Assembly (NCBI GenBank): GCA_049999805.1
Contig: JBNGIO010002948.1
Coordinates: 1 to 47,482, forward strand
Source: Folioceros fuciformis
Lineage: Eukaryota
Direction of reading: 5' to 3'
DNA: 47,482 nt
Position 1 is the first letter of the stretch, and every line of letters starts with the position of its first letter. Below are positions 12,220 to 24,300 of the stretch, piece after piece. The notes beneath the pieces were generated by a model that was not told the origin of the DNA, did not search any database, and saw only the letters and a program-made list of their open reading frames with translations. The position numbers and the translations under genes are program-made.

Positions 12220-14723
12220 CTACTGATGATCCGCACCTACTGCCTCTTTCACCGATTTGAATCCGTCCCGTTCAAGACAACGAACCAACTCTGCCTGCAG
12301 CAAAAGGGATTAATACTCAACCACATTCCAATGGCAACAATCGCGGCTACAGCACCTGACAGCTTAAATCACGTTTGAATACCTTTATCCGGGGCACAAT
12401 GGCAGGCCCTTCGTAGGCGAAGGCGGTATACAGCTGCACTAGCGAGGCACCCGCCCGTATCTTCAGGTAGACATCCTCGCCACTGTTGGACACGACAACA
12501 CTTGGTCGCACAGTTTGGTACAAACAATCCAGCACACATGGACATTTTTTCGCAACAACCTGCGTACCTGCTGACGCCTCCACATCCAACCAGTGGGATT
12601 CTACCCTGCAATATAGTAACGCAATTCATTCGCGAGAAAGACCAAAGCCCATCACCTACTCATTCCCACTGAAGAAACAAACGACGGCTACCGTGGATAA
12701 GCACACACCCGGGTCAGGCTGTACATCTCCCTCAGGACCTCGGTTGACAGGTTAAACAGGGGTTTTCCACTCAGTCCTCCGGTTTCGTCGGCATTCATGA
12801 CACCAAGAACAGCATCTGGCCTGGAGACTGTTGTGTTGCCAATCATCTGGAAAACAGACACAACGCAAAAAATTCGGACATATCGTGCGAGAGCAAGAGC
12901 CTCTGGAATTGAAGAGGCTTCAAATAACTTACCAGCCCATCCAACCTTAAACTCAAAGCGACCTGCAAGGTGGAGAAGGGTATTAGCGGACGTTTGAAAC
13001 CTTCAATCCAGAGGAGAAGTCCAACGAAAAGCTCAGCCATCAGATCACCTGAGCTATGTCTGCCAAGTCCTGGTTCGATAAATCCGGAGCAATCTTCACT
13101 AGTAATGGAGGGGGGCCCTCCTCCCCCCATTGCATCTCATCTCGAGCAGCCAGAACCTGGAACAAATTGCCAATTATGGCTGCCTTCTTTCACGACATGC
13201 AATCATGACATGATCTTGCACGGGAACGTACCTTTTTTATAAGGTCTTTCAGCTGCTTCCTACCTTGTAATTTTCGCAAGCCTGGAGTATTAGGAGAAGA
13301 AACGTTTATCACCTACATGACAGACAGGCTCTCCTAAGGTGTCCATCAAATACAGCGCCCCCAGAAAACAATCGAGAGGGTGCTGCTGCAGCTGAATCAT
13401 CATTGAGGTCCTATGACAAGACATGCAGTACAAGGACCAAACAAGGCAAGCGTGGCAACCAACTGACCAGGTAATCTGCATATTGCGACAGTGTGTGGAC
13501 CCCTTGCACATAATCAGCAGAAGCATCGTCGCTCGTTTTATTTTTCCCCAAATTGACTCCAAGGATCCCTGGTCCAGCTTTGCCACCATGTCTATTTCGC
13601 TCTAAACTCCCAGAATTCGTCGCACGAACAGTTTCTGCCATTCGTCTCTTTCCGTGCTGCGCCCCTAACCTCTTGGCTACAGCCACTATCCCCTCGCTAT
13701 TAAAACCATACCTGTTGATAATAGCCCTGTTCTCGGAAGCAGAATGCACATACCCGCATCAGTAACCAGGACGAGGTCTCACCACGCTAGTGGACTAAAT
13801 TGAAAGTCTCCCGGTAAACATCATTACCCTTGTTCATGCAATCTGAAAACACGTGGCCTTGGGTTGCCATCCTGCGGTACAGGTGTCACCGAGCCCACTT
13901 CTACAAAACCAAACCCAAGGCCAAGCAAGCCTTCCACAGCTTGAGCGTCCTTGTCAAACCCGGCTGCAAGGCCAATGGGATTGGCAAATACGCGCCCCCA
14001 TACGTCAACCTCAAGTGCAGGCGGGTCAGGCCTAGATTCCCTGGGAACTAGACCATGTGCAGCAGCCCAGATGGCCACTCGATGGGCATCTTCTGGATCC
14101 AGCAGTCTGAAAAGCGGATTGACTACGTTGCATGCTTTGAAGGCCCAAGAGCTGCACAGAACAAGGTGGAGCAAATCGCTGAGTCCACCAAGCGACCCAC
14201 ATTCAGGCATACCTGATTACAGAAAACCAAATACCAAGCCACGGGCCGTAACAACAGCTGACAGAGATTAGTCCGGAACCTGATCGTGGCCTCGTCCTTA
14301 GTGCCCACGTATGCTCCAGCACCTATCACCGACCCCAGAAATGTGCCTGTCAACAAGCGTCTCTGTACGAATGCCAGGGTGCAGGCAAATTAGAAGCCAC
14401 TATGCCAACCCTAAAACCCTAAACCCTAGCTTCTCTCTCGAGCGCAAATGCAATGCGATGCCATGCAAAACCACGACATCGACGAACGAAACAAATGACA
14501 CGAGACTCCAATCCCCCGCCTTCAGCCAGAGCATCGTACCCACCCAAGTGAGACGCAATTTCGGAGGCAGATTAGGTCTGCGAGGCTGCGCGGCGCTGTG
14601 AATGCCGGAAGTGGAGCAGGAAGCCGAGCCTTGCCCCCAGGAGCGCGGTGCCATGGTGGAAGCATCCTCCAGAGCCGAGCGGACCAGAGCGCGCAGCCGC
14701 CAGCCCGCTCTTGGGTGCGTCAT
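12220..14723 (-). CDS. PYRD: Dihydroorotate dehydrogenase (quinone), mitochondrial (multi-exon)
   Basis: [117 protein letters not shown]. Start codon approximate. Confidence 0.95.
14407..14429. promoter_or_regulatory. Telo-box (AAACCCTA) cluster in first intron of the DHODH gene
   Basis: AACCCTAAAACCCTAAACCCTAG. Similar telo-box-like words occur upstream of PDAP1 (~3268, ~3386, ~3479). Confidence 0.5.
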
Positions 14724-15212
14724 GGTGAAGGGATCAAGCCACGAAGCAGGTGCGCGTGGGTGTGTCCGTACAAGTGCATGGTGGCCTCCAGGACTCAAGC
14801 ATACGCAGCCTTCTGCGCCTCCCACCGTTTCTCTACCTCGACTCCTAGCCTTGGAGGAGTCCGGAGCTGGATCGAACCACTCACTTCAGCCGGCGCGGAT
14901 TCACAGACAGACCTCACGGGAATACACGCACCCAAAGCAATGGTAGTGGGGCTGGTTTACTGTGGATTTTAACAAAACCTGCACAAAACAAGGCTACATA
15001 CTATCTAGTAGCATGTGTTGTACATACAGAAGTAGGGGCGAGGCGGGGCGGGGCGGGTCCCAACCAGCCTGTATCGCCGGCTCTCAAGCCAAGTGCCTTT
15101 CATGTCACAGCCGTCCTACTAGCGAAGGACGTGTCTTTTCCATCATTATGTTAAGTAAGTACCTAATACAATACATATTTAAAAACACACACACACACAC
15201 GTACAGAGAGCT

Positions 15213-17459
15213 CTAGGAGGCTACTTTGAAGAGGCTACGGCGCTCGAGAGTAATGGGAAGGCCTTGGTTGAGGCACGCGATGGGCCACTGTTTGATTTTC
15301 TCGTCAGGATTCACCGGCTTCCATCTGCGGGAACAAGTCGTGACAGGCAAAGTCACGCGACCCCGTACAGAAAGCATTCTTGCACCTACAGACCAACACC
15401 AACACCAACACAACGATCGAAGGAGGAATTCATCGTTACGTGAAGGTGGTGACGAGGTGGTGCAAAAACACCAGCATCTCCTGCTTGGCGAACTCGCTGC
15501 CGGGGCAGCCTCTGGGGCCCATGCCGAAAGGGGAAAAGGAGGGCGCGGCTATGGGCTTCTCGAACCTGGACGGGTCGAACTGCTTGGGGTTTGGGTGCAC
15601 CTCAGGGTTGAGGTGCACGGACCTCCAGAACACCAGCACCCGCCATCCTCTGGGTATCAGCATGCCTGCAACATTGCAGACGAACATGTCAGGCGATGAA
15701 TGAACATGTCTCTCATGGCGATGCGCGCCCCGAGACCACTTGTGCCACACAAACACTAGCCTCCAGGTGGTTGGAGTAAGGAGGGGAGTGAAGAGGAGAG
15801 CAAAGGAAAGGAAAGGACAGGAAAGGTAAGGAGACCTTGGAACTCGAGATCCCTTCGAGCTTTCCGCATCACGAATGCTGCGGGCGTGGTGATTCTCATC
15901 GTTTCTTGGATCACCTGAAGAATCAATCTCGTCAGCTGAGAACCAGGTAGGAGGTCAGAGATGCACATGTCATGCTCACCAATACGAATGAAAGCGGGGC
16001 TCAATGACGTATGTCTGGAGCTCATGCATCATACATACCCGCCATGTGAGTTGCATCTTCTTGGTGTCCTCCCAAGTCACGTACTGGCGGCCCGCCAGCC
16101 TCATGTCCTCAGCGATGGCATCCTGCTCCGCCTGCACCACCCCAGCCAGCCATGGACGGCGTCACCACGATTTGCATGCAAAATTAGGGGTTACGAGTCG
16201 GCGAGGGATGTCCAGTTACTAGTACTACATACAGTACCTGAACTTGCTCCAGAATGTGGGGATAATCGGCCAGGAGCTTGACGACCCAGGTGAGGAAGAT
16301 CCCAGGCGCCCTGTGGCCTGCTCCCAGGAGCAAGAGCAGGTTGTCCAGGACCTCGCCGCTTCGAAGCTTCCTGGCCTGAGCCTCGTACCCTTCCACCACG
16401 TCCGCCTCCATGAGCGAGCTCAGCCCGTCCAGCCCATCGACTTGACCGGAGGCGTCGTGTCGCCGCCCCTTCCTCGCCTCGATCAGCTTGTGCGCGAACA
16501 GGTCCACCTTCTTCCGGGCCTGGAGCATGCAACGTGATTGTACGTGGTGAGAGTAACTTTCATGCATGCATGCGATGGGAATTCGTGTAACGGGAGCTGA
16601 GGTGAGGTCTGCGACGCTCGGGCCGGCGGCCGCTATAACTAGTCTCACATTCAAGGCCCTTCTGCGTCCCATGAAGGGGATGTTGACGGGCAGGCTCATG
16701 AGCCCGTTCTCCATGTCCGCAAATAGATGCAGCAGCTCCTCCACCTGCTCGTGGCTGTAGGATTGGTAATCGGAGCCGCAGGTGAATCGCAGCACCACTC
16801 GGAACGCGAACTGCAATGAATGAGGAATCCGGATCCATCCGCGGTCTCTTGAGCATGCTGGCACGACAGCGTCGGAAGGACGGGAATTTTGAATGGTGTC
16901 CATGGAACCGACGTACCTTGGTAGCCTCCTCTTCCATCACCACCTTCTCTTCCCAGGGTTTCATGCACGACAGCGCAGTCTGGGACACCGCGGTGCAGAA
17001 GCCTCGCATGGCCTCGGGGGCCAGCAGCTGGTGCTGCAGGAGCTTCCTGAGCGCGGTGTGGCGGGCTCCCGCGGGGATCATGGAGAGCGAGTCTCGGCCC
17101 AGGATATCGTTGGAGTAGATGGCTCTCAGGGCGTGGTGAGCTTGGGGCGTGGAGAGGCAGAAGGCAGAGGCGTCCATGGTGGTGGTCACCACGGCTGGCC
17201 CGCCGAACACATGGGTCGAGAACGTGTCCCCGTACTTTTGCGTGTGGCGGCTCAGGAAGTCGTCCACGTCCGAGAGAAGGAGGTCCAAGGTCTCTCCCAG
17301 CCAAGGAATGAACCATTTGCGGCCTGCCGGAGTCCGAAGCTTAGCAGATTGCGCCTTGCCAAGCCTCAGAGCAAGCATTTCGTACATGCCGCTCACCAGC
17401 AGGGCCATCACAACGCATCCTGAGAGCAACATCAGGTACATAGCCGCTAGAGCTTCCAT
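15213..17459 (-). CDS. Cytochrome P450, CYP85 clan-like (multi-exon)
   Basis: N-terminal membrane anchor, PWLGETL, KYGDTFSTHVFGGPAVV, ExxR (QETMR), FDPSRF, heme motif FGMGPRGCPGSEFAKQEMLVFLHHLVT. Confidence 0.9.
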
Positions 17460-17977
17460 TTTCCTGCCTGTGGCCTATCTGCAACTCAAGTCTCAATCAG
17501 TGGTGGAGTCTGCTACACTCAGATGTGGACACTGCACCAAACCTCCTTGAGGGCATGCAGGTATGGAGCTACTCATATATATCTACCTATGTTCACATCT
17601 CTCAACATTCCGCAGCGGCTCGCACGCACACAGCGGATCAGCATCTCCACTTGGACCATGGAGGAGTTGTAGATGCGGAATTTGCAGGCAGCAAATCACC
17701 TCAGAGTCGCAACGACATTCGTCGATCGCCTTGAAGTTGTTTCAAGGCAGACAAATAGGACTGTTCCCGAGATATACCGCGCCCTTCGCACTGCTAATGC
17801 TACCTTCACTGGAACAGACTTCAGTGGATGAAACAGTGGAAACATCTGCGGGATGAGCTCCATCCATGTGTGAGGCGACATTAAACTCGATTGTGTGGAC
17901 CAGGTCCACACATGCAGCCGCGGACAGGAAGGCTTTGGAAAGATCGAGGTCGTGCACATGTTTCGATGTCGTATTTC

Positions 17978-18295
17978 TGGTGCAGTTTTATCTTCGCTTA
18001 TTCCATGTCTACAGCCAGATGCCTTGTCCGTTGCTGTGGGAGGGAATCTTTCATGCTCCTGTTCAACCTATTTTTTACGTGGTTCAAAGGTGAGAGATGC
18101 TTAACGCCCTGCTGCAGGCTGGCTCAAAGAGTGAAGGCGGGATGCCGATTGCCCAGCTGCTACTGCCTTGTGCAGGTTTATTAACATCAGCTACTCCATG
18201 TCTGCGAAATGCCTCCTCCGTATCTGTGCGGTGGTCACATGGGATCTTCCGCAGTCCTGTTTGATCTTCTCTTTCTTCACATGGTTCAAGGGTAA
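17978..18295. repeat. Degenerate ~120-bp direct duplication
   Basis: GTGCAG(G)TTT...TCCATGTCT...ATGCC...CCTGTT...TGGTTCAA(A/G)GGT occurs at ~17980-18092 and ~18170-18295. Confidence 0.55.
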
Positions 18296-18394
18296 GGTAA
18301 GGTGCTCCAGGCGGTTATGTTGTGGGTCGGCTCCCAGCGCGTACATATATATACAGAGGTGGATAAGACTGTCCGCCTTCCTACCGCATTGATG

Positions 18395-21300
18395 CTACTG
18401 GCTTAGGAAGTTCTGGGGTAGAGCAAAACTTACCCTGGCCTGGGTTCTACCCTGAAACCAAGTGCTACATTTAAGAGCAAAGATCTGCATTTGGAGGGCA
18501 GACCACACTGGTACATGCAGCTCAGGACATGAGAGAAAATACCTCCTGAAGCATGCTGCTACCTCCCTCAGGAATTGAGGCTTCAGTAGGTGTCCACATT
18601 CGATTCAGGGCCTACAGAGGGAACAAAAGAGCTAACTAACGTTAACAGGTTTGGATACTCTTATTCCTCTGACGCAGCGTGGCATAGCGAAAAACATGTC
18701 TTAGACCGACTCACCCGCACATAGTTGTCCTTGTCATACTCGTAAGATATGGTTGAGGTTTCCTCCTCACCAGCAACCTGCCCCAAGGTTGACCGCCTCC
18801 TTCTAGAGACAGGCGCAGCAGCTTGGGCTTCATCCCACTGGACGAGGCTCTCCAGTCTACAAGACCGGATAATTTGATCGAAATCACGACACACGTTGGA
18901 GTTGGTGTTTCACTATCATTACAGGAATCCAGATAGAGACAAAGGGAAAGCGAACGTACTTGCATGACACACGCTTCTGTAGCAAGTGTACAAGTTCAGG
19001 GCCAGAGAGGTCAGGTCCTTCAGCAGCATCTGCTACGTGCTGCGCATAGTTGAGGATGCGTTCAGGGTTGCTGAAGCTTGGTGCTCTCTCTGCATCAGGC
19101 TTCCATATCGGATTGTACGTCTGCACATGTGCACAAGGTACGTGACTTGAGTGGATTAGGTCCCGAATCCTTCAATCCACTCCCTGAACGCAAGAGGGAC
19201 AAACTACTCATTTACGAAGAAAGCACGAGAGTCTGCAGGGATTGATTGACACAAGGGCATATACGGAGAAGAGATACTGCGGAAGCAATCACCCGTATCT
19301 CCTTGAAGTCATCCTGTTCACCTTCGTTCTGCCCCAGTGCAAGCTTGAGCTTGCGGAAGTACCGCTGCTTGCCCCACACGAAAATACCGACACTCATGCC
19401 AAGAAAACCTAGAGATCCGATAAGCCCTCCGCATAGCCTGCGCACCGCTGTTCAACACAACACTTCACATCACGATCAACACTGCAGGCTTCGCAAACAA
19501 GAAGGGGGACGGGGCATGACAAACTTGGTGACGCCGTCGCAACATAGGGAACAACTTCCACAGATGCCTCGGCCGATAGAGGATAGGGTACATCACTATC
19601 ACACGCACCATAGCAGCCGAAGTTGCCCATGTCACTCACAGAAATATGCAGGACATAGGTAATTCCCGCTGTACCCTGTGCATCGAGTACCAAACGGTCA
19701 GCAAGCGTGCCAAACCAAGGCACCTAGCAAACTTGTGTGTCCAACAGCACGTTCCACAACAAATGCTCACATTGGGCTGAAACTGCATGGCAGCCAGGGC
19801 CGCATTGCAGACTGCCACCGGTGCCTTGAATATAAAGCCAGCACTTCCGAAGCTCACCACTTTGGACAGCTCTCGCTGCATATGATGGAACTTCGAAACA
19901 TCCGATTGCCGAGATTTAAGAGACTCGGCATTCTCTGCACCAATGGTGTAGTTGGTCCCCATTGGCAAGGATATCGTCAATACTCCACCTTCTATTCGCA
20001 AAGTAACCTCAAGTTGGAGCAGATGACCATCCGCTGCACGATCAGAACACGACACTCTTAGCCTAAAGGCACAAAACCATTCACAAATCTAGGCAGTCTA
20101 TACAAAACAAGTCGCAGCTGAAAGGGGAATCTTCTTGTACATTCAAAATCGCAAGAACCCTCATCCAGAAGTGGAATTCACCTCGAAAATCACTGCTGTC
20201 GGGATCTCCGACAACAATTGCCGGTACAACTAGGCCCTTATTAGTAGCGATCTTCACTTGATCTGGCGTATCAATGAAAGGTGGGTCATTGTAGGGGTCC
20301 AGCTGCGCAATACAACTCTGTGAATCCTCATGTCCTTTTCCATCCGACACAGTCACCACAACCGTATCATTCCCATTGAAATGCTGCTCCCTGCACTCAG
20401 ACCAGGGCAACAAATGACGACCTCAAACCGAGACTCAACTACACGTAGAATAGTGCAAGGAACGAAATTCCAGGACTGTAATGCAACAAGACCATCTTCC
20501 AAACAACTTTTCACTTTCATACGATCATCAGCGAATAAATGCTACCATCACAGACAATAGTTTGGATTCCTAGATATCCACATGGAGATGTCCCCTTTGG
20601 CAGACCAACACCGATGATCATGAATCGGAAAGGGGCGTCATTGAAGCCACACGCAGCCCTGAATGACCCTGGTTTGTGACGTCATACCCTTCATAGAGTA
20701 GCGCCGCAAGAGCTTGGTTCGCAAGACTGGTTGTGCCTGAAAAATGGACGTCTCCGGGGTGAGAGGGATCCGTAGGTAAGATTGTGAATCCGGTTATCCC
20801 CATATAGACGCGTGATGGAAGGATAAAGCTTCCATGTTTGGCGGAAACCTTTACAGTAACTGGTGTAGTTAGATTGAACGAGCTCACTTCAAAGACCAAG
20901 CTCCCACTGCAATCCTCTACCACATCCACACACATGTAATCAGCTCGCATCAGGCAACCAGTTCGGAGTACTCTGCCAAAGCACAATGGATACAGCAAGG
21001 GCACAGATCTGAGAGATGAGTCCAACCTCTGGCAAGGCATAACGGCTCCCTCCAGGCCTGTGATTAGACCTGGGGACGAAGACACATGCGGATAATCCAA
21101 AATCGACGACCCATTTACTGGGTGGTACATAGAGATACTCTCATCAGTACGCAGTCATCTTCATGCACTCGGAAAGCCGGATTCAAAAGAGTCAAGGGAC
21201 TTACTGTCACTAACGATCACTGCAAATGGGCTGCCAATAATCACTTGGTTATGGTAACTGAGTGAAATGTTGTAGTTCCCAGTGTGCACAGGCTTGTAGA

Positions 21301-24300
21301 ACATAATATACTTCCCCACACCCATGTGAACAAACGCTTGCTTATCTGCACTACCTGGTCCGCTTATATCAAAGCCTATGAGATTGGCGTCAGCAAGTGT
21401 GGGATTGCCAAATTCATCGCTGAGAAATACATCGATCTCGTCCCAGTATCTGATAGATGCTTTACGAGACAGACCTACTCCACTGGCGGACGACAAGGAG
21501 GCACTTGGTGTTCCTGCATTCACGTCACCACGAAAAGAGTTTAGCGCCCAACCAACAATCGGCCTGCGGCAGTCCGAGAAAACGTTTCAAGGTCCATGCC
21601 TGCAGAGATAATGAATACATACCTGCATTGACGGTGAAGAAAAATGGAGACCCAAAAATTTCCACCCCACCATTGCTGACATACAGGTGATACTGCCCAG
21701 CTTGCGTTAGGTTGTAGGTCAGAGAAAAGCGGGTGCCATTATCAAGAGATTCAATCTGACAACTTGCATTCACCAGTAAATGCACTCCAAGCCTGAACAC
21801 TTTTGGCACCAATATTGGAGCCGTTCCATTGGTTGCCACTTCGGGGGACAACATATTGTCGTACTGATCTCGTAGTGTGATGAGCAGGGTCAAGGAAACC
21901 CCAGCCAAAACGCTCTGAGATCCTCCTGCCCATGCACCTGTGCTTCTAGGCGTATCCAAATCACCTGCAATGGCACCACGTTGGCTCTCGGACTGACATA
22001 CACGCCCACACCACCACAAACTGGACATGCTGCTTGTACCCAAAGAATATTTGAAGATATTGTGACTCGCCTGAGAGGAATGTAAAGGCGATAGGCGCCA
22101 TAGAAGCGCCAGTTTTGTCCCCAATCCGTAGCTTAAACTTACCTGCTACAGTCAAAGTGAAGGACAGCACCTGCGCAGAGCTGTTCTGTGGCACAATATC
22201 TACTTTTGCCGAAAGCATCGTGCCATTTTGATCAATTTGGGGAGTGATGTCCTTAGCACCCACTGATACATAATTGCCATACATGTCTTGAGCCATAAGA
22301 ACAAAACTTGCTGTTTGCCCTACACGAAATGTGCTTATTCCGTTGAGCCATCCTCCAGTGCAGTTCGCTATGGAAAATTGCCCTGCACAACATTCAATTA
22401 GTAACAGCAAATGGGGTGGTCCAGTCATATCCAGCAAGCTGCATCTGAGAAACTTCTCAACCTGGAAAGTAGGAGTACTGGAAAGACCCCGGGATGCTCC
22501 CATCAGAGTTTCCCACTTGAAGCACGTACTGCCCAGCGTCATGCATTGTAAAACTGAACAGCAGCATTTCTTGAGATCCATTATTGAGAGGATTGAATTT
22601 GATGTTGAGAAGATTTCCACCCACGTCGGTCAAACCATTTTTGGCTACAGCAGTGAACACAGTACTGTTTGCAACTGCGTAGACAGGATTGTGGTTCTTG
22701 TCAACTTGCCTTACGACAAAATTTGCTGCCACTCCAACCGTAAAACTATTGATTCCACCCAACCATTCTCCGGCACAGAAGGGTGTTGACACCTTCCCTG
22801 AATGACAGAGACAACCGGTGAGCAATGTCGACACATGTACATGACCTTAATACGTAATTGTAACAGCAAAGCGAAAGACATAGCAGGTTGGACAGAAGAC
22901 TGTCAGTAGCACGCACTGATGGAACATTTTCTTGCCCACTGCAAATAGTCAGAATGTCAAGTGGGCTGCACGATGTCTAACCAAAATCTGACACAAGAAA
23001 TCTACCTGGCAATATCATTATGGAGAATGGACTGCCTGAAATAGCCTCTCCAGGTGCCACAGTCCCTAAGGACACACTCAGGCTATATGGGTCAGGCTGA
23101 GCCAATGCAATCGAGTACTTGACAGAGATGATGCTCTTCTTTCCCAGGTTCATAACGCTAAACGGTAGTAGCGAAACCTTCGGGGAAATGCTAAGGAAAG
23201 CGGTTGCCGAGTAGGAAACCACAGAATTGTTGAACACGTCCTGCAGCTGGATTTGAATGGTTAAGGAGTCTCCTGCATTCCCACCTTGCAATCCAGTTCC
23301 TGATGCCGTACAGCTAGGCGGATCCAGAGGTCCTACAATCAGAAGCAGAACTGATAAGAATATGCACAACTGTAACCAACATTTCTGCTCTGGAAAAGCG
23401 TTCTTCAGATACATGACCAGGCAGCAGTCAGCTCCATCGATCTGATACTATTAGCCCAAGCATGGCTATTATGAAGACGTGTTTACCGACCTTAGAGTAG
23501 GCAAGGCACCTGCATAGACGAGCTTTGTGTGACCCGAAGCAAGTAACGTATTATTCCATCCAACTGTGATGAAGTAGAGGCCAGCAATTGTAGCATTGTA
23601 GATCACAAAGTACGTGCCGTTTGTTTGAGTAGAATTCATCACGTATACGGGAATAGATGGGCCACTTTGTGTGAGAGATACAACAACTCGCAATGTGTCT
23701 GCTTCCATTGAGGTTGGATTTCCGGAGCTGTCTTTAAGCTCTACCTCAAATTGCGATAGCTGCCCAGCATAAGAGTTTCCCAGCCCTGTTCCTTCAATTA
23801 TACTCCCTTCAGTGGACTGAATAACTGCAGATATCACCTTACATTAGAGAAATCGTGCACGTACTGATTGTTCTCCTCTGAATACCTCAGATGCCTTTCC
23901 ATGCAATGTCTACGAGGTAATGAGTACAAGCAAGATCTACCCGCTGAACCAACAAAGAGGACGTCATGGTACCCTGTGAGGAACCCGTGAAGTGAAATGC
24001 TGAGCCCTTGATGTACTGATTCCCATCTCCAACTTGTAGGATATAGTCGCCAATCTGGGTGACTGTGAAGGTCATTGACAACTGGTTTGGGGTGCCAGCA
24101 CTCTGATTTGAACTTATCACAGGCCTGATTAGCAGATCGGGTATGTTAACAGGCTCGATATTCCCGGTATTGTACAGTGTTGCCAGAAAAGTCACTGTTC
24201 CCGATTCCAATGTTGGAACAGGATTACCAAAGGCATCAAAGAGAGAGATCACAAGGTTTGCGACAGAACCGAGATTCAGATGATTGATACCGTTGTACCA

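Noticed and set aside
14407-14429. Telomere or chromosome-fusion remnant
   Set aside because: Only ~3 units inside a first intron, which is ordinary telo-box usage
19147-19180. Small hairpin GAGTGGATT...AATCCACTC
   Set aside because: A 9-bp intronic stem is too short for a miRNA or MITE call
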